Below are positions 23,601 to 38,600 of a DNA stretch of 64,000 bases, piece by piece. The stretch is from Octopus sinensis (lineage: Eukaryota). The stretch spans positions 28,768,001 through 28,832,000 of the forward strand of contig NC_043021.1 of NCBI RefSeq assembly GCF_006345805.1, written 5' to 3'. Below the pieces are notes generated by a model. That model did no database searches. It was not told the origin of the DNA and saw nothing but the letters and a program-made list of their open reading frames with translations. Every line of letters begins with the position of its first letter. Position 1 is the first letter of the stretch. Position numbers and translations under genes: made by a program.

Positions 23601-26600
23601 GCTTTTTTTTCAATAGGTTGACTTATATTTAATTCAAAATCACTAAATTTTTTGTTGTTTTTCAGTACACATATGCAATATTTTGACATTTTATAACCTG
23701 AAAACTTTTGCGATTTTAGTGATCTCTTGGATACATATAAGCTTTTTATCAATCAGTTAACTTATATTAGCTAATGAGATCACTAAATTTTTTGTTGTTT
23801 TTCAAGTACAGATATGCATATTTTGAAATTTACAACCTGAAAACTTTGCGATTTTAGTAATCTCTTGGATATATATAAGTTTTTATCAATCAGTTTAACT
23901 AAAGATCACTAAATTTTTTGTGGGTTTTTCAGTACATATATGCAATATTTTGACGATTTATAACCTGAAAACTCTTGAGATTTTAGTGATCTCTTGGATA
24001 AATATAAGCTTTTTATCAATCAGTTAACTTATATTTAGCTAAGAGATAACTAAATTTTTTGTTGTTTTTCAAGTACATATGTGCAATATTTTTACGATTT
24101 ATAACCTGAAAACTTTTGAGATTTTAGTGATCTCTTGGATAAATATAAGCTTTTTATCAATCAGTTAACTTATATTTAGCTAAGAGATCACCAAATTCTT
24201 TGTAGTTTTTCATGTATACATATGCAATATTTTCACATTTTCTAACCTGAAAACTTTTGAGATTTTAGTGATCTCTTGGATAAATATAAGCTTTTTATCA
24301 ATCATTTAACTCATATTTAGCTAAGAGATCACTAAATTTTTTGTTGTTTTTTAAGTACACATATGCAACATTTTGACATTTTCTAACCTGAAAATTTTGC
24401 GAATTTAGTGATTTCTTTGATAAAAATGAGCTTATTATCAATCATTTAACTCATATTTAGCTAAGAGATCACTAAATTTTTTGTTGTTTTTCAAGTACAC
24501 ATATGCAATATTTTGACATTTTCTAACCTGAAAACTTTGCGATTTTAGTGATCTTATTATCATCAGTTAACTTATTTAGCTAAGAGATGACTAAATTTTT
24601 TGTTGTTTTTCAAGTACACATATTTTGACATTTTTTAACCTGAAATCTTTTGCGATTTTAGTGATCTCTTAGATAAATATAAGCTTTTTATCAATCAGTT
24701 AACTTATATCTAGCTAAGAGATCACTAAATTTTTTGTTGTTTTTCAAGTACACATATGCAATATTTTGACATTTTACAACCTGAAAACGTTGCGATTTTA
24801 GTAATCTCTTGGATAAATATAAGCTTTTTATCAATCAGTTAACTAAGAGGTCACTAAATTTATTGTTGTTTTTCAAGTACACATATGCAATATTTTGACA
24901 ATTTGTAACCTGAAAACTTTTGAGATTTTAGTGATCTCTTGGATAAATATAAGCTTTTTATCAATCAGTTAACATATATTTAGCTAAGAGATCACTAAAT
25001 TTTTTGTTGTTTTTCAAGTACACATATTTTGACATTTTTTAACCTGAAAAACTTTGCGATTTTAGTGATCTCTTGGATAAATATAAGCTTTTTATCAATC
25101 AGTTAACTTATATTTAGCTAAGAGATCACTAAATTTTTTGTTGTTTTTCAAGTACACATATGCAATATTTTGACATTTTACAACCTGAAAGCTTTGCGAT
25201 TTTAGTAATCTCTTGGATATATATAAGCTTTTTATCAATCAGTAAACTAAGAGATCACTAAATTTTTTGTTGTTTTTCAAGTACACATATGCAATATTTT
25301 GACAATTTATAACCTGAAAACTTTTGAGATTTTAGTGATCTCTTGGATAAATATAAGCTTTTTATCAATCAGTTAACTTATATTTAGCTAAGAGATCACT
25401 AAATATTTTGTAGTTTTTCATGTATACATATGCAATATTTTGACATTTTCTAACCTGAAAACGTTTTAGATTTTAGTGATCTCTTGGATAAATATAAGCT
25501 TTTTATCAATCAGTTAACTAAAAGATCACTAAATTTTTTGTTGTTTTTCAATTACACATATGCAATATTTTGACATTTTATAACCTGAAAACTTTTGAGA
25601 TTTTAGTGATCTCTTGGATAAATATAAGATTTTTATCAATCAGTTAACTTATATTTAGCTAAGAGATCACCAAATTTTTTGTAGTTTTTCATGTATACAT
25701 ATGCAATATTTTGACATTTTCTAACCTGAAAACTTTTGAGATTTTAGTGATTTCTTGGATAAATATAAGCTTTTTATCAATCAGTTAACTAAGAGATCAC
25801 TAAATTTTTTGTTGTTTTTCAAGTAGACATATGCAATATTTTGACATTTTCTAACCTGAAAACTTTTGCGATTTTAGTGATCTCTTGGATAAATATAAGC
25901 TCATTATCAATCAGTTAACTTATATTTAGCTAAGAGATGACTAAATTTTTTGTTGTTTTTCAAGAACACATATTTTGACATTTTTTAACCTGAAAACTTT
26001 TGCGATTTTAGTGATCACTTGGATAAGTATAAGCTTTTTATCAATCAGTTAACTTATATTTAGCTAAGAGATCACTCTATTTTTTGTTGTTTTTCAAGTA
26101 CACATATGCATTATTTTGACATTTTATAACCTGAAAACATTTGAGATTTTAGTGATCTCTTGGATAAATATAAGCTTTTTATCAATCAGTTAACATATAT
26201 TTAGCTAAGAGATCACTAAATTTTTTGGTGTTTTTCAAGTACACATATGCAATATTTTGACATTTTCTAACCTTAAAACTTTTGCGATTTTAGTGATCTC
26301 TTGGATAGATATAAGCTTTTTATCAATCAGGTAACTTATATTTAGCTAAGAGATCACTAAATTTTTTGTTGTTTTTCAAGTACACATATACAACATTTTG
26401 ACATTTTCTAACTTGAAAACTTTTGCGATTTTAGTGATCTCTTGGATAAATATAAGCTTTTTTTCAATAGGTTGACTTATATTTAATTTAAAAATCACTA
26501 AATTTTTTGTTGTTTTTCAAGTACACATATGCAATATTTTGACATTTTATAACCTGAAAACTTTTGCGATTTTAGTGATCTCTTGGATACATATAAGCTT

Positions 26601-29600
26601 TTTATCAATCAGTTAACTTATATTAAGCTATGAGATCACTAAATTTTTTGTTGTTTTTCAAGTACAGATATGCAATATTTTGAAATTTTACAACCTGAAA
26701 ACTTTGCGATTTTAGTAATCTCTTGGATATATATAAGCTTTTTATCAATCAGTTAACTAAGAGATCACTAAATTTTTTGTTGTTTTTCAAGTACATATAT
26801 GCAATATTTTGACGATTTATAACCTGAAAACTCTTGAGATTTTAGTGATCTCTTGGATAAATATAAGCTTTTTATCAATCAGTTAACTTATATTTAGCTA
26901 AGAGATAACTAAATTTTTTGTTGTTTTTCAAGTACATATGTGCAATATTTTGACGATTTATAACCTGAAAACTTTTGAGATTTTAGTGATCTCTTGGATA
27001 AATATAAGCTTTTTATCAATCAGTTAACTTATATTTAGCTAAGAGATCACCAAATTCTTTGTAGTTTTTCATGTATACATATGCAATATTTTCACATTTT
27101 CTAACCTGAAAACGTTTGAGATTTTAGTGATCTCTTGGATAAATATAAGCTTTTTATCAATCATTTAACTCATATTTAGCTAAGAGATCACTAAATTTTT
27201 TGTTGTTTTTTAAGTACACATATGCAACATTTTGACATTTTCTAAACTGAAAATTTTGCGAATTTAGTGATTTCTTTGATAAATATAAGCTTATTATCAA
27301 TCATTTAACTCATATTTAGCTAAGAGATCACTAAATTTTTTGTTGTTTTTCAAGTACACATATGCAATATTTTGACATTTTCTAACCTGAAAACTTTTGC
27401 GATTTTAGTGATCTTATTATCATTCAGTTAACTTATATTTAGCAGAGAGATGACTAAATTTTTTGTTGTTTTTCAAGTACACATATTTTGACATTTTTTA
27501 ACCTGAAAAACTTTGCGATTTTAGTGATCTCTTGGATAAATATAAGCTTTTTATCAATCAGTTAACTTATATTTAGCTAAGAGATCACTAAATTTTTTGT
27601 TGTTTTTGAAGTACACATATGCAATATTTTGACATTTTACAACCTGAAAACTTTGCGATTTTAGTAATCTCTTGGATATATATAAGCTTTTTATCAATCA
27701 GTAAACTAAGAGATCACTAAATTTTTTGTTGTTTTTCAAGTACACATATGCAATATTTTGACAATTTATAACCTGAAAACTTTTGAGATTTTAGTGATCT
27801 CTTGGATAAATATAAGCTTTTTATCAATCAGTTAACTTATATTTAGCTAAGAGATCACTAAATATTTTGTAGTTTTTCACGTATACATATGCAATATTTT
27901 GACATTTTCTAACCTGAAAACGTTTTAGATTTTAGTGATCTTTTGGATAAATATAAGCTTTTTATCAATCAGTTAACTAAAAGATCACTAAATTTTTTGT
28001 TGTTTTTCAATTACACATATGCAATATTTTGACATTTTATAACCTGAAAACTTTTGAGATTTTAGTGATCCCTTGGATAAATATAAGATTTTTATCAATC
28101 AGTTAACTTATATTTAGCTAAGAGATCACCAAATTTTTTGTAGTTTTTCAAGTACACATATTTTGACATATTTTAACCTGAAAACTTTTGCGATTTTAGT
28201 GATCACTTGGATAAGTATAAGCTTTTTATCAATCAGTTAACTTATATTTAGCTAAGAGATCACCAAATTCTTTGTAGTTTTTCATGTATACATATGCAAT
28301 ATTTTCACATTTTCTAACCTGAAAACTTTTGAGATTTTAGTGATCTCTTGGATAAATATAAGCTTTTTATCAATCAGTTAACATATATTTAGCTAAGAGA
28401 TCACTAAATTTTTTGGTGTTTTTCAAGTACACATATGCAATATTTTGACATTTTCTAACCTTAAAACTTTTGCGATTTTAGTGATCTCTTGGATAGATAT
28501 AAGCTTTTTATCAATCAGGTAACGTATATTTAGCTAAGAGATCACTAAATTTTTTGGTTGTTTTCAAGTACACATATACAACATTTTGACATTTTCTAAC
28601 TTGAAAACTTTTGCGATTTTAGTGATCTCTTGGATAAATATAAGCTTTTTTTCAATAGGTTGACTTATATTTAATTCAAAAATCACTAAATTTTTTGTTG
28701 TTTTTCAAGTACACATATGCAATATTTTGACATTTTATAACCTGAAAACTTTTGCGATTTTAGTGATCTCTTGGATACATATAAGCTTTTTATCAATCAG
28801 TTAACTTATATTAAGCTATGAGATCACTAAATTCATTGTTGTTTTTCAAGTACAGATATGCAATATTTTGAAATTTTACAACCTGAAAACTTTGCGATTT
28901 TAGTAATCTCTTGGATATATATAAGCTTTTTATCAATCAGTTAACTAAGAGATCACTAAATTTTTTGTTGTTTTTCAAGTACATATATGCAATATTTTGA
29001 CGATTTATAACCTGAAAACTCTTGAGATTTTAGTGATCTCTTGGATAAATATAAGCTTTTTATCAATCAGTTAACTTATATTTAGCTAAGAGAGAACTAA
29101 TTTTTTTGTTGTTTTTCAAGTACATATGTGCAATATTTTGACGATTTATAACCTGAAAACTTTTGAGATTTTAGTGATCTCTTGGATAAATATAAGCTTT
29201 TTATCAATCAGTTAACATATATTTAGCTAAGAGATCACCAAATTCTTTGTAGTTTTTCATGTATACATATGCAATATTTTCACATTTTCTAACCTGAAAA
29301 CTTTTGAGATTTTAGTGATCTCTTGGATAAATATAAGCTTTTTATCAATCATTTAACTCATATTTAGCTAAGAGATCACTAAATTTTTTGTTGTTTTTAA
29401 TACACATATGCAACATTTTGACATTTTCTAACCTGAAAATTTTGCGAATTTAGTGATTTCTTTGATAAATATAAGCTTATTATCCAATCATTTAACTCAT
29501 ATTTAGCTAAGAGATCACTAAATTTTTTGTTGTTTTTCAAGTACACATATGCAATATTTTGACATTTTCTAACCTGAAAACTTTTGCGATTTTAGTGATC

Positions 29601-32600
29601 TTATTATCAATCAGTTAACTTATATTTAGCTAAGAGATGACTAAATTTTTTGTTGTTTTTCAAGTACACATATTTTGACATTTTTTAACCTGAAATCTTT
29701 TGCGATTTTAGTGATCTCTTAGATAAATATAAGCTTTTTATCAATCAGTTAACTTATATCTAGCTAAGAGATCACTAAATATTTTGTTGTTTTTCAAGTA
29801 CACATATGCAATATTTTGACATTTTACAACCTGAAAACGTTGCGATTTTAGTAATCTCTTGGATAAATATAAGCTTTTTATCAATCAGTTAACTAAGAGG
29901 TCACTAAATTTATTGTTGTTTTTCAAGTACACATATGCAATATTTTGACAATTTGTAACCTGAAAACTTTTGAGATTTTAGTGATCTCTTGGATAAATAT
30001 AAGCTTTTTATCAATCAGTTAACATATATTTAGCTAAGAGATCACTAAATTTTTTGTTGTTTTTCAAGTACACATATTTTGACATTTTTTAACCTGAAAA
30101 ACTTTGCGATTTTAGTGATCTCTTGGATAAATATAAGCTTTTTATCAATCAGTTAACTTATATTTAGCTAAGAGATCACTAAATTTTTTGTTGTTTTTCA
30201 AGTACACATATGCAATATTTTGACATTTTACAACCTGAAAACTTTGCGATTTTAGTAATCTCTTGGATATATATAAGCTTTTTATCAATCAGTAAACTAA
30301 GAGATCACTAAATTTTTTGTTGTTTTTCAAGTACACATATGCAATATTTTGACAATTTATAACCTGAAAACTTTTGAGATTTTAGTGATCTCTTGGATAA
30401 ATATAAGATTTTTATCAATCAGTTAACTTATATTTAGCTAAGAGATCACCAAATTTTTTGTAGTTTTTCATGTATACATATGCAATATTTTGACATTTTC
30501 TAACCTGAAAACTTCTGAGATTTTAGTGATTTCTTGGATAAATATAAGCTTTTTATCAATCAGTTAACCAAGAGATCACTAAATTTTTTGTTGTTTTTCA
30601 AGTAGACATATGCAATATTTTGACATTTTCTAACCTGAAAACTTTTGCGATTTTAGTGATCTCTTGGATAAATATAAGCTTATTATCAATCAGTTAACTT
30701 ATATTTAGCTAAGAGATGACTAAATTTTTTGTTGTTTTTCAAGTACACATATTTTGACATTTTTTAACCTGAAAACTTTTGCGATTTTAGTGATCACTTG
30801 GATAAGTATAAGCTTTTTATCAATCAGTTAACTTATATTTAGCTAAGAGATCACTATATTTTTTGTAGTTTTTCAAGTACACATATGCATTATTTTGACA
30901 TTTTATAACCTGAAAACATTTGAGATTTTAGTGATCTCTTAGATAAATATAAGCTTTTTATCAATCAGTTAACATATATTTAGCTAAGAGATCACTAAAT
31001 TTTTTGGTGTTTTTCAAGTACACATATGCAATATTTTGACATTTTCTAACCTTAAAACTTTTGCGATTTTAGTGATCTCTTGGATAGATATAAGCTTTTT
31101 ATCAATCAGGTAACTTATATTTAGCTAAGAGATCACTAAATTTTTTGTTGTTTTTCAAGTACACATATACAACATTTTGACATTTTCTAACTTGAAAACT
31201 TTTGCGATTTTAGTGATCTCTTGGATAAATATAAGCTTTTTTTCAATAGGTTGACTTATATTTAATTCAAAAATCACTAAATTTTTTGTTGTTTTTCAAG
31301 TACACATATGCAATATTTTGACATTTTATAACCTGAAAACTTTTGCGATTTTAGTGATCTCTTGGATACATATAAGCTTTTTATCAATCAGTTAACTTAT
31401 ATCTAGCGAAGAGATCACTAAGTTTTTTGTTGTTTTACAAGTACACATTTGCAATATTTTGACATTTTACAACCTGAAAACTTTGCGATTTTAGTAATCT
31501 CTTGGATATATACAAGCTTTTTATGAATCAGTAAACTAAGAGATCACTAAATTTTTTGTTGTTTTTCAAGTACACATATGCAATATTTTGACAATTTATA
31601 ACCTGAAAACTTTTGAGATTTTAGTGATTTCTTGGATAAATATAAGCTTTTTATCAATCAGGTAACTTAAATTTAGCTAAGAGATCACTAAATTTTTTGT
31701 TGTTTTTCAAGTACACATATGCAACATTTTGACATTTTCTAACTTGAAAACTTTTGCGATTTTAGTGATCTCTTGGATAAATATAAGCTTTTTTTCAATC
31801 AGTTGACTTATATTTAATTAAAAAAATCACTAAATTTTTTGTTGTTTTTCAAGTACACATATGCAATATTTTGACATTTTATAACCTGAAAACTTTGCGA
31901 TTTTAGTAATCTTTTGGATATATATAAGCTTTTTATCAATCAGTAAACTAAGAGATCACTAAATTTTTTGTTGTTTTTCAAGGAAACATAGGCAATATTT
32001 TGACAATTTATAACCTGAAAACTTTTGAGATTTTAGTGATTTCTTCGATAAATATAAGCTTTTTATCAATCAGTTAACTTATATTTAGCTAAGTGATCAC
32101 TAAATTTTTTGTAGTTTTTCATGTATACATATGCAATATTTTGACATTTTCTAACCTGAAAACTTTTTAGATTTTAGTGATCTCTTGGATAAATATAAGC
32201 TTTTTATCAATCAGTTAACTTATATTTTAGCTAAGAGATCAGCAAATGATTTGTTGTTTTTGAAGTACACATATGCAATATTTTGACATTTTCTAACCTG
32301 AAAACTTTTGCAATTTTAGTGATCTCTTGGATAAACATAAGCTTATTATCAATCAGTTAACTTATATTTAGCTAAGAGATGACTAAATTTTTTGTTGTTT
32401 TTCAAGTACACATATTTTGACATTTTTTAACCTGAAAACTTTTGCGATTTTAGTGAACTCTTGGATAAATATAAGCATTTTATCAATCAGTTAACTTATA
32501 TTTAGCTAAGAGATCACTAAATTTTTTGTAGTTTTTCAAGTACACATATGCAATATTTTGACATTTTACAACCTGAAAACTTTGCGATTTTAGTAATCTC

Positions 32601-35600
32601 ATGGATAAATATAAACTTTTTATCAATCAGTTAACTAAGAGATCAGTAAATTTTTTGTTGTGTTCCAAGTACACATATGCAATATTTTGACATTTTATAA
32701 CCTGAAAACTTTTGAGATTTTAGTGATCTCTTGGATAAATATAAGCTTTTTATCAATCAGTTAACTCATATTTAGCTAAGAGATCACCAAATTTTTTGTA
32801 GTTTTTTATGTATACATATGCAATATTTTGACATTTTCTAACCTGAAAACTTTTGAGATTTTAGTGATCTCTTGGATAAATATAAGCTTTTTATCAATCA
32901 GTTAACTTATATTTAGCTAAGAGATCACTAAATTTTTTTGTTGTTTTTCAAGTACACATATGCAATATTTTGACATTTTATAACCTGAAAACTTTTGCGA
33001 TTTTAGTGATCTCTTGGATAAATATAAGCTTTTTATCAATCAGTTAACTAAGAGATCACTAAATATTTTGTTGTTTTTCAAGTACACATATGCAATATTT
33101 TGACATTTTCTAACCTGAAAACTTTTGCGATTTTAGTGATCTCTTGGATAAATATAAGCTTATTATCAATCAGTTAACTTATATTTAGCAAAGAGATGAC
33201 TAAATTTTTTGTTGTTTTTCAAGTACACATATTTTGACATTTTTAACCTGAAAACTTTTGCGATTTTAGTGATCTCTTGGATAAATATAAGCTTTTTATC
33301 AATCAGTTAAGAGATCACTAAATTTTTTGTTGTTTTTGAAGTACACATATGCAATATTTTGACATTTTACAACCTGAAAACGTTGCGATTTTAGTAATCT
33401 CTTGGATAAATATAAGCTTTTTATCAATCAGTTAACTAAGAGGTCACTAATTTTTTTGTTGTTTTTCAAGTACACATATGCAATATTTTGACATTTTATA
33501 ACCTGAAAACTTTTGAGATTTTAGTGATCTCTTGGATAAATATAAGCTTTTTATCAATCAGCTAACTTATATTTAGCTTAGAGATCACTAATTTTTTGTT
33601 GTTTTACATGTACACATATTTTGACATTATTTAACCTGAAAACTTTTGCGATTTTAGTGATCTCTTGGATAAATATAAGCTTTTTATCAATCAGTTAACT
33701 TATATTTAGCTAAGAGATCACTAAATTTTTTGTAGTTTCTCATGTATTCATATGCAATATTTTGACATTTTCTAACCTGAAAACTTTTTAGATTTTAGTG
33801 ATCTCTTGTATAAATATAAGCTTTTTATAAATCAGTTAACTTATATTTTAGCTAAGAGATCACCAAATTTTTTGTTGTTTTTCAAGTACACATATGCAAT
33901 ATTTTGACATTTTCTAACCTGAAAACTTTTGCAATTTTAGTGATCTCTTGGATAAATATAAGCTTTTTATCATTAGTTTTAATTATATTGGTAAGAGATC
34001 ACTAAATTTATTGTTGTTTTTCAAGTACAATATGCAATATTTTGACATTTTACAACCTGAATACTTTGCGATTTTAGTAATCTCAGGAAAATATAAGCTT
34101 TTATCAATCAAGTTAACTAAGAGTCACTAAATTTTTTGTTGTTTTTCAAGTACACATATGCAATATTTTGACATTTTATAACTGAAAATTGAGATTTTAG
34201 TGATCTCTTGGATAAATATAAGCTTTTTAATCAATCAGTTAACTTATATTTAGCTAAGAGATCACCAAATTTTTTGTAGTTTTTTATGTATACATATGCA
34301 ATATTTTGACATTTTCTAACCTGAAAACTTTTGAGATTTTAGTGATCTCTTGGATAAATATATGCTTTTTATCAATCAGTTAACTTATATTTAGCTAAGA
34401 GATCACTAAATTTTTTTGTTGTTTTTCAAGTACACATATGCAATATTTTGACATTTTATAACCTGAAAACTTTTGCGATTTTAGTGATCTCTTGGATAAA
34501 TATAAGCTTATTATCAATCAGTTAACTTATATTTAGCTAAGAGATGACTAAATTTTTTGTTGTTTTCAAGTACACATATTTTAACATTTTTTAACCTGAA
34601 AACTTTTGCGATTTTAGTGATCTCTTGGATAAATATAAGCTTTTTATAAATCAGTTAACTTATATTTTAGCTAAGAGATCACCAAATTTTTTGTTGTTTT
34701 TCAAGTACACATATGCAATATTTTGACATTTTCTAACCTGAAAACTTTTGCAATTTAGTGATCTTTGGATAAATATAAGCTTTTATCAATTAGTTAACTA
34801 TATGTAGCTAAGAGATCACTAAATTTATTGTTTTTTTTCAAGTACACATATGCAATATTTTGACATTTTACACCTGAATACTTTGCGATTTTTTTTAGTA
34901 ATCTAATGGATAAATATAAGATTTTTATCAATCAGTTAACTAAGAGATCACTAAATTTTTTTGTTTTTCAAGTACACATATTGCAATATTTTGACATTTT
35001 ATAACCTGAAAAATTTGAGATATTAGTGATCTCTTGGAGATAAATAAGCTTTTTCTCAATCAGTTAACTTATATTTAACTAAGAGATCACCAAATTTTTT
35101 GTAGTTTTTTATGTATACATATGCAATATTTTGACATTTTCTAACCTGAAAACTTTTGAGATTTTAGTGATCTCTTGGATAAATATAAGCTTTTTATCAA
35201 TCAGTTAACTTATATTTAGCTAAGAGATCACTAAATTTTTTTGTTGTTTTTCAAGTACACATATGCAATATTTTGACATTTTATAACCTGAAAACTTTTG
35301 CGATTTTAGTGATCTCTTGGATAAATATAAGCTTATTATCAATCAGTTAATTTATATTTAGCTAAGAGATGACTAAATTTTTTGTTGTTTTTCAAGTACA
35401 CATATTTTGACATTTTTTAACCTGAAAACTTTTGCGATTTTAGTGATCTCTTGGATAAATATAAGCTTTTTATCAATCAGTAAACTTATATCTAGCTAAG
35501 AGATCACTAAATTCTTTGTTGTTTTTCAAGTACACATATGCAATATTTTGACATTTTCGAACCTAAAAACATGTGGAAATTTAGTGATTTCTTTGATAAA

Positions 35601-38600
35601 TATAAGCTTATTATCAATCAGTTAACTTATATTTTAGCTAAGAGATCAGCAAATGATTTGTTGTTTTTCAAGTACACATATGCAATATTTTGACATTTTC
35701 TAACCTGAAAACTTTTGCAATTTTAGTGATCTCTTGGATAAAAACATAGTTATTACAATCATTTAACTTATATTTAGCTAAGAGATGACTAAATTTTTGT
35801 TGTTTTTCAAGTACTCATATTTTGACATTTTTTAACCTGAAAACTTTTGCGAGTTTTAGTGATCTCTTGGATAAATATAAGCTTTTTATCAATCAGTTAA
35901 CTTATATTAGCTTAGAGATCACTAACTTTTTTGTTGTTTTCAAGTAGTACAATATGCAATATTTTGACATTTTGTAACCTGAAAACTTTTGCGATTTTAG
36001 TGATCTCTTGGATAAATATAAGCTTATTATCAATCAGTTAATTTATATTTAGCTAAGAGATGACTAAATTTATTGTTGTTTTTCAAGTACACATATGCAA
36101 TATTTTGACATTTTAGAACCTGAATACTTTGCGATTTTAGTAATCTCATGGATAAATATAAGCTTTTTATCAATCAGTTAACTAAGAGATCACTAACTTT
36201 TTTGTTGTTTTTCAAGTACACATATGCAATATTTGAATTTATTTATAACCTGAAAACTTTTGAGATTTTAGTGATATCTTGGATAAATTAAGCTTTTTAT
36301 CAATCAGTTAACTTATATTTAGCTAAGAGATCACCAAATTTTTTAGTTTTTAGTATACATATGCAATATTTTGACATTTTCTAACCTGAAAACTTTTGAG
36401 ATTTTAGTGATCTCTTGGATAAATATAAGCTTATTATCAATCAGTAACTTATATTTAGCTAAGAGATGACTAAATTTTTTGTTGGTTTCAAGTACACAAT
36501 TTTGACATTTTTTAACCTGAAAACTTTTGCGATTTTAGTGATCACTTGGATAAGTATAGCTTTTTATCAATCAGTTAACTATATATTTAGCTAAGAGATC
36601 ACTATATTTTTGTAGTTTTTCAAGTACACATATGCATTATTTTGACATTTTTAACCTGAAAAATTGAGATTTTAGTGATCTCTTAGAAAATATAGCTTTT
36701 TATCAATCAGTTAACATATATTTAGCTAAGAGATCACTAAATTTTTTGGTGTTTTTCAAGTACACATATGAATTTTTGAATTTTCTAACCTTAAAACTTT
36801 TCGATTTTAGTGATTCTTGGATAGATATAAGCTTTTATCAATCAGTAACTTAATTAGCTAAGAATCACTAAATTTTTTTGTTTTTCAAGTACACATATGA
36901 CACTTTTGACATTTTTAACTGAAAACTTTGCGTTTTAGTGATCTCTTGGATAATATAAGCTTTTTTCAATAGGTTGACGACTGGTATTTATTCAAAAATC
37001 ACTAATTTTTTGTTGTTTTCAAGTACACATATGCATATTTTGACATTTTATAACTAAAACTTTTCGATTTAGTGATTCTTGGATACATATAACTTATCAA
37101 TCAGTTAACTTATATCTAGCGAAGAGATCCTAAGTTTTTGTTGTTTTACAAGTACACATATGCATATTTTGACATTTTACAACCTGAAAACTTTGCGATT
37201 TTAGTATCTCTTGGATATATACAGCTTTTTATGAATCAGTTAACTAAGAGATCCCACTAAATTTTTTGTTGTTTTTCAAGTACACATATGCAATATTTTG
37301 ACAATTATAACCTGAAAACTTTTGAGATTTTAGTGATTTCTGGGATAAATATAGCTTTTTATCAATCAGGTACTAACGAAATTTAGCTAAGAGATCACTA
37401 AATTTTTTGTTGTTTTTCAAGTACACATATGCAACATTTTGACATTTTCTAACTGAAAACTTTGCGATTTTAGTGATTCGCTTGATACTATAAGTTTTTT
37501 CAATCGTTGACTTATATTTAATTTAAAAAAATCACTAAATTTTTTGTTGTTTTTCAAGTACACATATGCCAATATTGACATTTTATAACCTGAAAACTTT
37601 GCGATTTTAGTAATCTTTTGGATATATATGAGCTTTTTATCAATCAGTAAACTAAGAGATCACTAAATTTTTTGTTGTTTTTCAAGGAAACATAGGCAAT
37701 ATTTTGACAATTTATAACCTGAAAACTTTTGAGATTTTAGTGATTTCTTCGATAAATATAAGCTTTTTATCATCAGTTAACTTATATTAGCTAAGTGATC
37801 ACTAAATTTTTTGTAGTTTTTCATGTATACATATGCAATATTTTGACATTTTCTAACCTGAAAACTTTTTAGATTTTAGTGATCTCTTGGATAAATATAA
37901 GCTTTTTATCAATCAGTTAACTTATATTTTAGCTAAGAGATCAGCAAATGATTTGTTGTTTTTGAAGTACACATATGCAATATTTTGACATTTTCTAACC
38001 TGAAAACTTTTGCAATTTTAGTGATCTCTTGGATAAACATAAGCTTATTATCAATCAGTTAACTTATATTTAGCTAAGAGATGACTAAATTTTTTGTTGT
38101 TTTTCAAGTACACATATTTTGACATTTTTTAACCTGAAAACTTTTGCGATTTTAGTGAACTCTTGGATAAATATAAGCATTTTATCAATCAGTAACTTAT
38201 ATTTAGCTAAGAGATCACTAATTTTTTGTTGTTTTTCAAGTACACATATGCAATATTTTGACATTTTACAACCTGAAAACTTGCGATTTTAGTAATCTCA
38301 TGGATAAATATAAACTTTTTATCAATCAGTTAACTAAGAGATCAGTAAATTTTTGTTGTGTTCCAAGTACACATATGCAATATTTTGACATTTTATAACC
38401 TGAAAACTTTTGAGATTTTAGTGATCTCTTGGATAAATATAAGCTTTTTATCAATCAGTTAACTCATATTTAGCTAAGAGATCACCAAATTTTTGTAGTT
38501 TTTTATGTATACATATGCAATATTTTGACATTTTCTAACCTGAAAACTTTTGAGATTTTAGTGATCTCTTGGATAAATATAAGCTTTTTATCAATCAGTT